A stretch of DNA of 64,000 nucleotides from positions 31,775 to 95,774 of the forward strand of contig JBMNIG010000025.1 in NCBI GenBank assembly GCA_050950785.1. The letters run 5' to 3'. The notes below the pieces were generated by a model. It did not search any database, had not been told where the DNA came from, and saw nothing but the letters and a program-made list of their open reading frames with translations. Positions 1-10,111 of this stretch are shown in pieces. Positions within the stretch are counted from its first letter, which is position 1. Every line of letters starts with the position of its first letter. This DNA comes from Eubacteriales bacterium (lineage in GTDB: Bacteria; Bacillota; Clostridia; Oscillospirales; JAAYOS01). A program made the translations under genes and the position numbers.

Positions 1-135
1 CAAATGAAATTGCTTTTGGGATTAAGTCTTATGTTTCTACTTGCAGCTCCGGTTTCCGGTTTTTTGGATAAATATATTTCAGTACTGTTTTCCAGCTTCG
101 ATTCCGCTCTTAAGTCGATTGCATCTTCCGGATAA
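1..135 (+). CDS. C-terminal fragment of a membrane protein, probably flagellar export component FliR (5' end lies outside the window)
   Basis: Frame 1 is open from the window edge to TAA at 133-135 (..KLLLGLSLMFLLAAPVSGFLDKYISVLF..) and is hydrophobic. Its position just upstream of flhB-flhA fits the usual fliPQR-flhBA order. Confidence 0.4.
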   Translation, partial: QMKLLLGLSLMFLLAAPVSGFLDKYISVLFSSFDSALKSIASSG

Positions 136-209
136 GATCAACGAGCTTGAAACTCTATAGCAGCGACTTAAGACAAGCTACTATAAAATAAAGGATTCCT
201 ATTCGCAAC

Positions 210-1295
210 ATGGCTTTAGAGGGGGGATTTGCTTTGCCGGGCGAGAGAACCGAGAAAGCTACGCCTAAACGAAGACAGGACGAGCGAGAGAAAGGCAATA
301 TCTTCCAAAGTCGTGAAATCGTTATCATCGCCTCACTTTTTATTTTGTTCTACTCGCTAAAAGCACTTTCACCCCATATCCTAAATGCCCTAATGGAGAG
401 TGCCCGTGAGATAATACTTCTGACCGGAGAGATAGATATTCTGACAATGTCCGATGTTAGAAAACTATTTTTGGACATTTGTATTCTATATGCAACATGC
501 GTACTACCGCTTCTGATTATTGGCGGTGTGGTTGCCGTTGTCTTTACCATGGCTCAGACAAGGCTTCTTGTTACAACGAAACCTCTCGGGTTCAAAATGA
601 GCAGGCTAAATCCCCTTCAGGGGTTTCGTAAAATGTTTTCGATGCGTTCTTTGGTTGAGATCACTAAGTCGATCTTAAAAATAGCTGTACTCAGCTACAT
701 AATTTATATCAGTCTATTTGATAACATCCTGTTGCTGCCCAGATTGATGGATATGTCGGTTGAAAGCGCATTGTCATATGCAGGACAGCTTGTTATGTCA
801 TTGGTTACAACTTCTGCCGCTATCTTCGCTGCCATTGCAGCCCTCGACTATTTCTACCAGTGGTGGGACTATGAGAGAAATATTCGAATGACAAAGCAGG
901 AGATAAAGGAAGAATATAAGGAGACCGAAGGGGATCCCCAGATCAAAGGACAGATCAAGGAACGTCAGCGGGCGATGTCTCAGATGCGAATGATGCAGAA
1001 TGTACCAAATGCTGATGTTATCATTAGAAACCCTACTCATTACGCTGTTGCGCTCCAATATGATCCTGACAAGAGCAACGCCCCTGTTGTGATTGCTAAG
1101 GGAGCCGACAAGCTTGCCCTTAGGATCATAAAGGAAGCAGAAAAGCACGATATAGTTATTACTGAAAACAAACTTCTTGCGCGAGGCCTATATGAGGCTG
1201 TAGATGTAGATCAAGAAATTCCTGCTGAATTTTATCAGGCTGTAGCCGAAGTGCTAGTCTTTGTATACAATCTCAGGAAAAACAAGAAAAACTAG
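210..1295 (+). CDS. flhB: Flagellar type III export apparatus protein FlhB
   Basis: 361 aa. N-terminal EKTEKATPKRRQDEREKGNI-like motif, four TM segments and the NPTH autocleavage motif (IIRNPTHYAVAL). Confidence 0.93.
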   Translation: MALEGGFALPGERTEKATPKRRQDEREKGNIFQSREIVIIASLFILFYSLKALSPHILNALMESAREIILLTGEIDILTMSDVRKLFLDICILYATCVLPLLIIGGVVAVVFTMAQTRLLVTTKPLGFKMSRLNPLQGFRKMFSMRSLVEITKSILKIAVLSYIIYISLFDNILLLPRLMDMSVESALSYAGQLVMSLVTTSAAIFAAIAALDYFYQWWDYERNIRMTKQEIKEEYKETEGDPQIKGQIKERQRAMSQMRMMQNVPNADVIIRNPTHYAVALQYDPDKSNAPVVIAKGADKLALRIIKEAEKHDIVITENKLLARGLYEAVDVDQEIPAEFYQAVAEVLVFVYNLRKNKKN

Positions 1296-1316
1296 TTAGT
1301 GGGAGGAGGCGAGAGC

Positions 1317-3374
1317 ATGAAGATAATGAAAAATATTGTGTCTTTATTTGTTATTATCATCATCATGATGATAGTCATCCCGCTAACTCCACAGCTTTTA
1401 GACTTCATGTTTATACTCAACCTTGCCCTCTCTTTGACGATATTGCTTTCTACCATGTATGTAAAAGAGGCACTCGAGTTTTCAATTTTTCCATCCCTCT
1501 TGCTTATAACGACACTGTTTCGTTTGGCATTGAATGTATCCTCGACTCGCCTTATACTGTTAGAAAACGGCAATGCAGGACAGGTTATAAAAACATTTGG
1601 TCAGTTTGTTATTAGAAACAACCCTGTAGTGGGATTTATAATATTTTTTATAATCGTTATAGTCCAATTTATTGTTATAACAAAGGGATCAGAGCGCGTA
1701 GCTGAGGTTTCTGCGCGTTTTACCCTCGATGCGATGCCGGGAAAGCAGATGGCCATCGATGCCGATCTCAACTCAGGACTTATTGATGAAGATCAGGCCA
1801 GGGAACGGCGCTCCAAAATCCAGAGGGAAGCTGACTTTTTTGGTTCTATGGACGGTGCGTCTAAGTTTGTCAAGGGAGACGCAATCGTGGCGATAATCAT
1901 TACGCTAATCAACCTAATTGGCGGCACGATAATGGGATTTATCAACAATGTTGGAACCTTTAGCGAGATCATGGGGATCTACCTCACAGCAACTGTAGGA
2001 AACGGGCTTATTTCGCAAATGCCAGCTCTGCTTATTTCTGTTTCAACCGGTATGATGGTTACCCGATCAGCATCCGAGTCGGACCTAAACACCGACGTTA
2101 TAAAACAGTTCTTTTCTCAGCCTATCGTTCTGATCATTGGGGGAATCGGCATTGGTTCCATGGTGTTGATTCCGGGTTTTCCTGTGATGCAGCTTCTGAT
2201 CGTCTCTGTAACCCTCACCACCGTTGGACTTGTAATGCACAGGAGAATGAAGCTGGCACTAGCCTCGCTACCTGCACCGGAAACTGAAGTCAGAGAAATC
2301 TCTAGTGAAGCAGAATACTATAGGGATATAAATAATGTTTATTCACTGCTCTCGGTAGAGCAAATAGAAATGGAATTTGGATATAGCCTCTTGCCGTTGG
2401 TGGACGAGCATATGGGAGGCAGCTTTATTGACAGGGTGGTAATGCTGCGGAAACAGTTTGCTTCGGAAATGGGTTTTGTTATTCCCTCGGTCAAGCTCAG
2501 AGACTCAAGCAAACTCAATCCAAATCAGTATGCCATCAAGTTTAAAGGGGAGGAGATCGCAAAAGGGGACGTGCTAGTAGATCACTATTTAGCACTGGCT
2601 CCGGAGGGCATCACCGAGGAGATCGATGGCATCGAAACAACAGAGCCTGCCTTCGGTATACCTGCAAAATGGTTTAGTGAGGATAAGCGCATAAAGGCAG
2701 AGCTTGCCGGATATACGCTTATCGATCCGACCTCTGTCATAATCACTCATCTCTCCGAGATAATCAAGAGCCACGCCCATGAGTTGCTCACACGTCAAGA
2801 AGTAAATACTCTTCTTGAAAACCTTAAGAAGACCAATGAAGTGCTTGTAAATGACTTGATTCCATCCATCGTACAAACAGCAGATCTTCAGAAGGTGCTC
2901 TCAAACCTTTTGCGTGAAGGTGTACCGATACGAGATCTTGAAACGATACTTGAGACAATGGGGGACTATATGCCCTCTGTTAAGGATACAGACCTTGTTA
3001 CCGAATATGTGCGCCAATCTCTAAAACGCTCTATAACTCGTAGATTTGCTGACGCAGGTAGGGTCAAGGTGATTACCCTTGATGCCCAAATTGAAAATCA
3101 GATCATGGGCTCGGTAAAAAAGATGGATACAGGTTCATATCTGGCATTGGATCCTCAAATGATCCAGAATATCGTACAGGCCACAGCCAATGAACTAAAT
3201 AAAGTTCGGGATTTGGTGGAGCATTCTATAGTACTGACCTCCCCCATAGTGCGAGTTTATTTCAAAAAGCTGATCGATCAGTTTTATCCCAACGTTGTGG
3301 TGCTGTCATTTAATGAAATAGACTCTAATGTCCAGATTCAAGCACTGGGTAACATATCCACCGCTTTAGAGTAA
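1317..3374 (+). CDS. flhA: Flagellar export apparatus protein FlhA
   Basis: About 685 aa with FlhA hallmarks (FPSLLLITTLFRLALNVSSTRLIL, GSERVAEVSARFTLDAMPGKQMAIDADL). ATG at 1317 follows GGGAGGAGG. The track start at 1299 is an upstream GTG. Confidence 0.93.
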   Translation: MKIMKNIVSLFVIIIIMMIVIPLTPQLLDFMFILNLALSLTILLSTMYVKEALEFSIFPSLLLITTLFRLALNVSSTRLILLENGNAGQVIKTFGQFVIRNNPVVGFIIFFIIVIVQFIVITKGSERVAEVSARFTLDAMPGKQMAIDADLNSGLIDEDQARERRSKIQREADFFGSMDGASKFVKGDAIVAIIITLINLIGGTIMGFINNVGTFSEIMGIYLTATVGNGLISQMPALLISVSTGMMVTRSASESDLNTDVIKQFFSQPIVLIIGGIGIGSMVLIPGFPVMQLLIVSVTLTTVGLVMHRRMKLALASLPAPETEVREISSEAEYYRDINNVYSLLSVEQIEMEFGYSLLPLVDEHMGGSFIDRVVMLRKQFASEMGFVIPSVKLRDSSKLNPNQYAIKFKGEEIAKGDVLVDHYLALAPEGITEEIDGIETTEPAFGIPAKWFSEDKRIKAELAGYTLIDPTSVIITHLSEIIKSHAHELLTRQEVNTLLENLKKTNEVLVNDLIPSIVQTADLQKVLSNLLREGVPIRDLETILETMGDYMPSVKDTDLVTEYVRQSLKRSITRRFADAGRVKVITLDAQIENQIMGSVKKMDTGSYLALDPQMIQNIVQATANELNKVRDLVEHSIVLTSPIVRVYFKKLIDQFYPNVVVLSFNEIDSNVQIQALGNISTALE

Positions 3375-3392
3375 TGAAAGGGGTGATGTCTT

Positions 3393-4172
3393 GTGGCAGA
3401 AAGTGCTAGTGCCGTCAGCACTGTGCAAAACCCAACTGAATTGCTTAAAAAATACCGGGATACCGGTGAGATCGAGTTGCGAAACGAGATCGTGCTACAC
3501 TACAGCTACATAGCAAAGACGGTGGCTGCACAGATGCGCGGTATCACCTCCGGATATGCTGATGTTGAAGACATTGTAAATCAGGGGATCATTGCTCTAA
3601 TCGACTGCGTAGAGCGATTTGAACCTGACAAGGAAGTCAAATTTGAGACATACGCATTCCTTCGTGTGCGGGGTGCAGTAATTGACTTTGTGCGAAAGCA
3701 GGACTGGCGCCCCCGACGGGTCAGGAAAACAGCAAAGGAAGTTGCTGCGGCGTACGACGAATTGTCAAACACTTTCATGCGCGAACCGTCGGACAAAGAG
3801 TTATCAGAACATCTCAATATTTCCGAGGATGAGCTTCATAAGCACTATATGGAGTTTTCAAGATCCCTGGTATTATCATTTGAAGCTTTACTTGAAAATG
3901 CAGCTCAGACGGATTTTCTGGCTTCTGATGAAAAGGATGTGAATCTACCGGAACAGAATCTGTTTAAGCAGGAGCTTGAAAATGAGCTTGCTAAAGCAAT
4001 AGACTCGCTAACTGAGCGTGAAAGATTGGTTATTTCACTTTACTACTATGAAAACTTAAAACTTGCTGAGATATCAAAGGTGCTTGGGGTCAGTGAGTCA
4101 AGGGTGTGCCAAATTCACGCAAAGACAATTGAAAAGTTGAAGAAAACCATGGAACACTACATGAAAGGGTGA
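3393..4172 (+). CDS. fliA: Flagellar sigma-28 factor (FliA/SigD/WhiG family)
   Basis: 259 aa with sigma-70 regions 2-4 (region 4 HTH LKLAEISKVLGVSESRVCQIHAKTIEKL). GTG start 9 nt after AAAGGGG. Sits in a flagellar operon. Confidence 0.88.
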   Translation: MAESASAVSTVQNPTELLKKYRDTGEIELRNEIVLHYSYIAKTVAAQMRGITSGYADVEDIVNQGIIALIDCVERFEPDKEVKFETYAFLRVRGAVIDFVRKQDWRPRRVRKTAKEVAAAYDELSNTFMREPSDKELSEHLNISEDELHKHYMEFSRSLVLSFEALLENAAQTDFLASDEKDVNLPEQNLFKQELENELAKAIDSLTERERLVISLYYYENLKLAEISKVLGVSESRVCQIHAKTIEKLKKTMEHYMKG

Positions 4173-4178
4173 GTTATC

Positions 4179-4937
4179 ATGTCTATAGGCTTCTACACTG
4201 CAGCAGCAGGTATGTTGACCCAGCAGAGGACCATAAATGTACTTGCCAATAACCTGCTAAATCATGACACCCCCGGATTCCGCTCAGAGCGCGTTGTGAC
4301 AACGACTTTTGAGCAGGAAATGCTTACAAGGATCGAAAATGGCAATACCGCCGTCATAGGAAGGGGTTCACCACTTCGCATTATGGATCAGGTCGTCTCG
4401 GATTTCGGGAGTGGAATCCTTGAGCAGACTGACCGTCCCTTTGACTTTGCAATCAATGGTGAAGGTTATTTTGCAATTCAGGGAACAGACAATGTATACC
4501 TCACAAGGAATGGTAATTTCAAACTTGACGGAGAAGGCTACCTTGAACTTGAGGGGATAGGTAGAGTGTTGGGGGAAAATGGCGAGATTTATATAGGAAG
4601 TTCAGATTTTGATGTTACTTCAGACGGATATATCTATGATGGATACGGAAACCGCGTAAACAGGTTATTCATAGTCTCAGCCCAGCAAGCAGAAGGGCTG
4701 CAAAGAACAGAAAACGGACTATATATCGCAGAAGAGGCACTTGATTTTGGGGAGGCTAATATGCCTGAGGGCACAGAGATCATGCAGTACTTCCTTGAAA
4801 AGTCCAACGTCAACATAAACAGAGAGCTTTCATTGATAATGGAAGCACAGCGAAACTTTCAGGCATTAAGCAAGATACTTCAGGGGATGGATGAAATAAA
4901 CCGCAAATCCGCAACGCAGATTGCCTCACTAGGATAG
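4179..4937 (+). CDS. Flagellar basal-body rod protein (FlgF/FlgG family)
   Basis: 252 aa with the N-terminal rod motif (LANNLLNHDTPGFRSE) and the conserved C-terminal LEKSNVN..EAQRNFQA motif. Confidence 0.85.
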   Translation: MSIGFYTAAAGMLTQQRTINVLANNLLNHDTPGFRSERVVTTTFEQEMLTRIENGNTAVIGRGSPLRIMDQVVSDFGSGILEQTDRPFDFAINGEGYFAIQGTDNVYLTRNGNFKLDGEGYLELEGIGRVLGENGEIYIGSSDFDVTSDGYIYDGYGNRVNRLFIVSAQQAEGLQRTENGLYIAEEALDFGEANMPEGTEIMQYFLEKSNVNINRELSLIMEAQRNFQALSKILQGMDEINRKSATQIASLG

Positions 4938-5052
4938 CTTATCAGTAGGAATATAATGAATACTATATATGCCTATAAAGGGCACATATAAAGGTTATTG
5001 CGAGTTCTATAAGAAGAATAGCTGAATAAAATGAAGCTGGAGATGAGGAATC

Positions 5053-5793
5053 ATGAATAAAATATTTCGCACCGGCGTAACCGGAATGATGGCATATCAA
5101 AATAAGCTTAATACAACTGCCAACAACCTTGCCAACATAAATACGCCAGGATATAAACCGGAGCATACGCGCTTTGAGAATTTACTGTACTCGCCGATGG
5201 ATGTCAACACTCAGGAAGAAGTGTTAAGTGGAAACGGAGTTAAGCAGTCCGGCTCTGTTTTGAAGCTAGATCAGGGTTCATTGGTAAGTACCGGTAATCC
5301 TCTTGACTTCGCAATTGCAGGAGAAGGATTCTTCGCAGTTGACAAAGAGGGCGTAACGGAATACACTAGAAATGGCGCATTTCGTGTCGATTTGCAGGGA
5401 TACTACGCACGCATTGTGACAAATGACGGGTACGATGTTCTTGATCGCAACGGTTATCCCGTTACCTTGGACATTAGGTCCGATTCAGGACAGCCGGACT
5501 ACGAATCTCTAAAAGATAAGATAGGCATTTACAGCTTTGAAAATCCATACGGCTTAGAGCGCACTGTAAACGGGAGATTTATAGCAACGGTGGAGTCAGG
5601 ACAGGCCTTTCTTTCAGATTATCAGGGCGTAGAAAATGAAGATGTATTGTACTCGGGATTTCTTGAAGCGTCTTCCGTCTCCCTTGGGGATGAAATGGTG
5701 GATGTCATTAAGTCGCAAAGGGCGTTTCAGATGAGTGCGCGCATAGTCCAGACAGCTGATGAATTAGAGGAGATAGTAAATAACCTTCGTTGA
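5053..5793 (+). CDS. flgG: Flagellar basal-body rod protein FlgG-like
   Basis: 246 aa with ANNLANINTPGYKP at the N-terminus and LEASSVSLGDEMVDVIKSQRAFQMSARIV at the C-terminus. Confidence 0.85.
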   Translation: MNKIFRTGVTGMMAYQNKLNTTANNLANINTPGYKPEHTRFENLLYSPMDVNTQEEVLSGNGVKQSGSVLKLDQGSLVSTGNPLDFAIAGEGFFAVDKEGVTEYTRNGAFRVDLQGYYARIVTNDGYDVLDRNGYPVTLDIRSDSGQPDYESLKDKIGIYSFENPYGLERTVNGRFIATVESGQAFLSDYQGVENEDVLYSGFLEASSVSLGDEMVDVIKSQRAFQMSARIVQTADELEEIVNNLR

Positions 5794-5825
5794 CATCGTA
5801 TGATACATAAAGAGAGGTAGATCGG

Positions 5826-6449
5826 GTGGCTATCAGAGATTACAGTGAATTAAATGACCTACAGATCGATGTTCTGAAGGAGCTGGGTAATATCGGGGCA
5901 GGTAATGCAGCAACTTCTCTTTCATCAATGCTTAATTGTCCTGTAAATATTACTGTTCCGGTTGTAAAAATAGTTAGCTTCCAGGAAGTGACCGACGCCC
6001 TGGGAGGACCGGAACATATGGTTATAGGCTTGCTTTTGACGCTTGATGGCGACGTGACAGGCATGATGATGTTTCTAATGCAGGAGGATTTTGCAAAAAT
6101 GATCTTGCGAAACCTTCTAGGCATAAGCATTAACAATTTTGCGGATTTAGACGATATGGGCAATTCGGCTCTCCGCGAAATGTCCAACATAATGGCTGCA
6201 TCATATGTCAATGCTGTTTCACAGATGACAAACCTCAGAATCAATGTATCGGTTCCCGATATGAGTGTGGATATGGCCGGTGCTATTTTGAGTGTTCCGG
6301 CTATATACTTTGCAAACATTAGCGACAAGATCATATTTATTGAAGATCAGTTTGAAAGTGGGGACGAACACGCTATCAGCCATGTGTTGTTGATTCCTGA
6401 GGTGGAATCACTGAAAAAAATACTTACGAACCTGGGAATTGATCTATGA
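5826..6449 (+). CDS. cheC: Chemotaxis CheY-P phosphatase CheC
   Basis: 207 aa. Duplicated CheC motif (DVLKELGNIGAGNAATSLS and SALREMSNIMAASYVNAVS). Confidence 0.88.
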   Translation: MAIRDYSELNDLQIDVLKELGNIGAGNAATSLSSMLNCPVNITVPVVKIVSFQEVTDALGGPEHMVIGLLLTLDGDVTGMMMFLMQEDFAKMILRNLLGISINNFADLDDMGNSALREMSNIMAASYVNAVSQMTNLRINVSVPDMSVDMAGAILSVPAIYFANISDKIIFIEDQFESGDEHAISHVLLIPEVESLKKILTNLGIDL

Positions 6450-6931
6450 GTAAAACGGTTACTGTTGGAATATCGGATCTCAATGTAACAAAGGCACCTG
6501 ACGTGCTTGTCACGTATGCCCTCGGGTCCTGCGTTGGGATATGTCTATATGACAAAGTAACCCGTGTTGGCGGACTTGCGCATATCATGCTTCCCTCGAG
6601 CAAGGATGCGGTAAGGAGCGGAGACATATATAAATTTGCTGATACAGCCATTCCTGAGCTTGTAAGGAGAATGGAGGAGCTTGGTGCTATTCGTTCGCGG
6701 ATCGTGGCGAAAATTGCCGGAGGCGCTCAAATGTTTGCCGCAATTTCATCCTCTTCAATTGCTAATATTGGGCAGCGCAATATAACCGCTGTTAGAGATA
6801 ACTTGGCCATGTTGCGCATACCGATAACCGGAGAGGACGTAGGTGCTGATTACGGCAGGACGCTATACTTTTATACACAGGACGGGAGTGTTCGCATAAG
6901 GTCGGCTAATCGCGGAGAATGGGTGTGGTAG
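6446..6931 (+). CDS. cheD: Chemoreceptor glutamine deamidase CheD
   Basis: 161 aa. Has the YALGSCVGICLYD catalytic-Cys motif and GLAHIMLP. Its ATG overlaps the cheC stop. Confidence 0.9.
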   Translation: MSKTVTVGISDLNVTKAPDVLVTYALGSCVGICLYDKVTRVGGLAHIMLPSSKDAVRSGDIYKFADTAIPELVRRMEELGAIRSRIVAKIAGGAQMFAAISSSSIANIGQRNITAVRDNLAMLRIPITGEDVGADYGRTLYFYTQDGSVRIRSANRGEWVW

Positions 6932-6955
6932 TTAAGAGTATTGGAGGGCTCTGAT

Positions 6956-8602
6956 ATGAATTGGATAAAAAAACTATTCAAAAACCAGAAAACAGACAAT
7001 TCAAATCTAGCAACATCTCAATCAGAAAGTGTTAACAGCCAACTATCCGAAAATAGCGTGGAGCCGAATCAGGACATACCTGACACTGCTGATTCTGCTC
7101 TGGAGAAAACCAAGGATTACTCGCAAGAAGAGATGTCGATGGATCAACAAGAGTTGAAAGTGTCAGATGAGGATAATATAGCCACTGAAGTGGGTGTAGA
7201 GTCGCCGGAATCAATAGTCGAAAAGGAGCCTATTGATGCCTGGGCAGAGGTGGATGTTGCGGCAGATAATATGTCTGCTAGCATTGTTTTACATGGGCCT
7301 GAGAACGGAGGAAAAGATATTACCGCAGATGATGTAATTGAGTTATTGAAATCTCAAAAAATCGTCTATGGCATAAAAGACAGCCTCATTTCCCAAATGG
7401 TCAGCGAAAGAAGATATGAAGAGAGATTTGTAGGTGTGTCCGGACTTCCGGTGAAAAATGGAGTTGACGGGCGCATCATTGAGCTTTTGCCCAGGACAAA
7501 AACGATTTCCTTTGTTGAAAATGACAGAGGGGATGTGGATTTTAAAAATCTTGACATTGTAAATCAGGTAAATGAAGGAACGGTGATTTGTGAAATAGTC
7601 CAACCGGAAGATCCTGTGCCCGGTAAGGATATATTCGGAAACGAAATCAACGGCAGGCCGGGTGTTATGCCAGCCGTTCCCAGTGGGGAAAATACATATA
7701 TTTCTGAGGATGGCACAAAGCTTATTGCGGGAAAAGACGGTAATCTAGTGTACTCCAACAACCGTTTTTCTGTACGTCTGCAGTTTGAAGTTTCCAATAA
7801 TGTGGACGCTTCCACCGGTAATATCGACTTCATAGGTGACGTGATCATTCGGGGCTCTGTTCTGGAGGGCTATGAAGTAAAGGCCGGCGGCAATGTGGTC
7901 GTATATGGAGTGGTTGAGGGTGCTCACATAGTAGCTGGTGGAAATGTCCAGTTAAAACAGGGGATCAATGGAATGGGTAAAGGCCTAATCGAGGCAAAGG
8001 GTGACATAACCAGCCGATTTTTTGAAAACTGTACAGCCAAGGCGGGTGGATCCATTTCTACTGAGTATATACTTCATTCAAATATTTATAGCGGCAACAG
8101 TATTAATGCCACCGGTTCGCGAAGCTCAATTATCGGAGGGGTCTGTTCTGCACTCCAAACCATTACCGTTGCAAATATCGGCAACAGAATGAACACCATG
8201 ACAACAATAATGTTGGGCGCAACTACGGAGATGATTGAGGAGCGCAAAAGACTTTTGGTTGAAGTTAGTGAGCTTGAGAGGAAACATCACAACTTGACCC
8301 TGGATTCTAGGTATATTGAGTCACGTATACAGGAAAATACATTAACTGCCAAGCACTGTGAGATACTTCTTAGACTTCAAAATGAGTACCCTGAGGTAAG
8401 TCAAAGGCTTGAAGAGTGTAGAAGTCAGCTCATGGTGCTTGATGAGTTGATATCAAACAATACCAACACGCGACTTACATGTCGTCAAATGTACCCACCT
8501 ACGAGAATAAGCATTGGCAGAGAAGTGATCATCGTTCAAGAGGAGCGCTATCGTTGTGAGGTATATTATAGCGAAGGTGAAATCAAATTTGCTTATAGAT
8601 GA
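6956..8602 (+). CDS. FapA-family (DUF342) flagellar-assembly-associated protein with an acidic N-terminal extension
   Basis: Beta-helix-like repeats (GNIDFIGDVIIRGSVLEGYEVKAGGNVVVYGVVEGAHIVAGGNVQL) followed by a C-terminal coiled coil. ATG at 6956 follows GGAGGG. Confidence 0.75.
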   Translation: MNWIKKLFKNQKTDNSNLATSQSESVNSQLSENSVEPNQDIPDTADSALEKTKDYSQEEMSMDQQELKVSDEDNIATEVGVESPESIVEKEPIDAWAEVDVAADNMSASIVLHGPENGGKDITADDVIELLKSQKIVYGIKDSLISQMVSERRYEERFVGVSGLPVKNGVDGRIIELLPRTKTISFVENDRGDVDFKNLDIVNQVNEGTVICEIVQPEDPVPGKDIFGNEINGRPGVMPAVPSGENTYISEDGTKLIAGKDGNLVYSNNRFSVRLQFEVSNNVDASTGNIDFIGDVIIRGSVLEGYEVKAGGNVVVYGVVEGAHIVAGGNVQLKQGINGMGKGLIEAKGDITSRFFENCTAKAGGSISTEYILHSNIYSGNSINATGSRSSIIGGVCSALQTITVANIGNRMNTMTTIMLGATTEMIEERKRLLVEVSELERKHHNLTLDSRYIESRIQENTLTAKHCEILLRLQNEYPEVSQRLEECRSQLMVLDELISNNTNTRLTCRQMYPPTRISIGREVIIVQEERYRCEVYYSEGEIKFAYR

Positions 8603-8660
8603 TTAGTAGAATGCAGTTGATCATCATGCAGTAACAGCTGGCTATTTTAAAAACGATCGA

Positions 8661-8696
8661 CCCCGTGATTGCAGGCGATAGCCAGCATTCACGGGG
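8661..8696. terminator. Hairpin between convergent genes (candidate bidirectional terminator)
   Basis: CCCCGTGA (8661-8668) pairs with TCACGGGG (8689-8696). On the minus strand a T-run follows after 6 nt. Confidence 0.5.
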
Positions 8697-8721
8697 AATT
8701 ATTAGAGTTATATTGAATCAT

Positions 8722-9993
8722 TTATTCATCAGTTGTGTCGGTTATTTCATCTTCATCAGATTCTAGTCGATATGGAACCATGAGCTGATTCCATATTTCA
8801 TTTACATAATCTACACATTCAATATATTTCTGTGATACCAGGTTATAGGGAAGTCGTAGTTGTCCTGCGCAATTCATCACGCCCTGCCAGTCAGCTTTTT
8901 CATAGCTGCGAACAAGGTTCATCAATATTCCGGTTTTTCCGGTTCCATAAAGGAGACCTTGTTTGATTTCATCGGAAATGGAAAGCTCTTCAAGAGATTT
9001 TTCCAAAGGGACATCCAATAGGACTCCAAGTGTTGAGAACATACCTAATAGATAGGCTTCAGATCTTGAGATAGGTGATTGAGGGACAAACTGGTTGAGC
9101 TCGGCACAAAAACTTGCCCTCAAGAATGATATCCTGATAAGTTCGTTTGGAGTACGGCCTAAGTTCTGGCGAAAGCTCAGCAGGTAAACCCACTGCTTTA
9201 ATTGCCCAAGCCCCAGTACGATCAGCGCTTGCTTTACAGACTTGACCCTGTTTCGGAGGGCAAAATACGCCGAGTTTACAAGCTTGATGAGGGAAAATGC
9301 AAGTGTAACATCTCGCGAAATGATTTCTGTAATTGCATCTATGTTTGGATCATCCTTCGTAATTTCTACAACAAGCTGAAAAAAGTTACTCTGTAGGTGA
9401 TCCAAACGGCTTACGTTCGATGCTTGCGCTTCTGCAATGTAGGTGCCCTGTTTGTATCGACAGCCAAACTCCTTTGTATTTTCATATGCCTTACGGGAAT
9501 TAACATTGTAGGCAATGACAGTCTTGTTTAAGTTTTTGGCTACATCAATGATGTTTTTTAATCTGTTTTTGTCAGAAACATCAGAAAAATCGAGCTTTAT
9601 AGTATCCACTACATCCATGATCGTAAAATAGCGGGAGTTGAATTCGAAGCCCTTTACTGCTATTTGGTAGCCCATTTTCTTAAAATGGTATATTGCTTTG
9701 TGGGCAAGGGGATGGATGATTGAATTCTCCTCAACCTGTATGACAAGCTTTTTTGCATTAAAGATTCTGGGAATGTCCTTCAAAAGCAAATTTGGAGTAA
9801 AGGTAAAATAGGCGGTTTTTCCGCTGAGAAACTTCTCGCTGTCAATTGAAGTCAGGAAGTTTTCGATGGCATTAGCCGCTACAGTATCGGTACGATTAAA
9901 AAGGCTGCCATCGTCCTCCTTATATATGATTTCATAACCTATCACATTGTCCTGCTCATCCAAAATAGCCTGTCTGACAACACTTGTGTCCAA
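8722..9993 (-). CDS. EAL-like plus HDOD domain signalling protein (YuxH-like)
   Basis: N-terminal EAL-type fold (VVRQAILDEQDNVIGYEIIYK .. LVIQVEEN) and a C-terminal HDOD region (ITEIISRDVTLAFSLIKLVNSAYF). The likely start is TTG at 9993, 7 nt after GGAGG. The track ORF extends to 10032. Confidence 0.7.
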   Translation of the reverse strand: MDTSVVRQAILDEQDNVIGYEIIYKEDDGSLFNRTDTVAANAIENFLTSIDSEKFLSGKTAYFTFTPNLLLKDIPRIFNAKKLVIQVEENSIIHPLAHKAIYHFKKMGYQIAVKGFEFNSRYFTIMDVVDTIKLDFSDVSDKNRLKNIIDVAKNLNKTVIAYNVNSRKAYENTKEFGCRYKQGTYIAEAQASNVSRLDHLQSNFFQLVVEITKDDPNIDAITEIISRDVTLAFSLIKLVNSAYFALRNRVKSVKQALIVLGLGQLKQWVYLLSFRQNLGRTPNELIRISFLRASFCAELNQFVPQSPISRSEAYLLGMFSTLGVLLDVPLEKSLEELSISDEIKQGLLYGTGKTGILMNLVRSYEKADWQGVMNCAGQLRLPYNLVSQKYIECVDYVNEIWNQLMVPYRLESDEDEITDTTDE

Positions 9994-10111
9994 AGGAACA
10001 CCTCCAAATTGCTGAAAATTCAGCGCCTTCAACTAATTTTATGTTAAATATACCATATATAGACATAATCGTCAATGAAAGGACAATATTTTCAAGGGAA
10101 AACGATTATTA

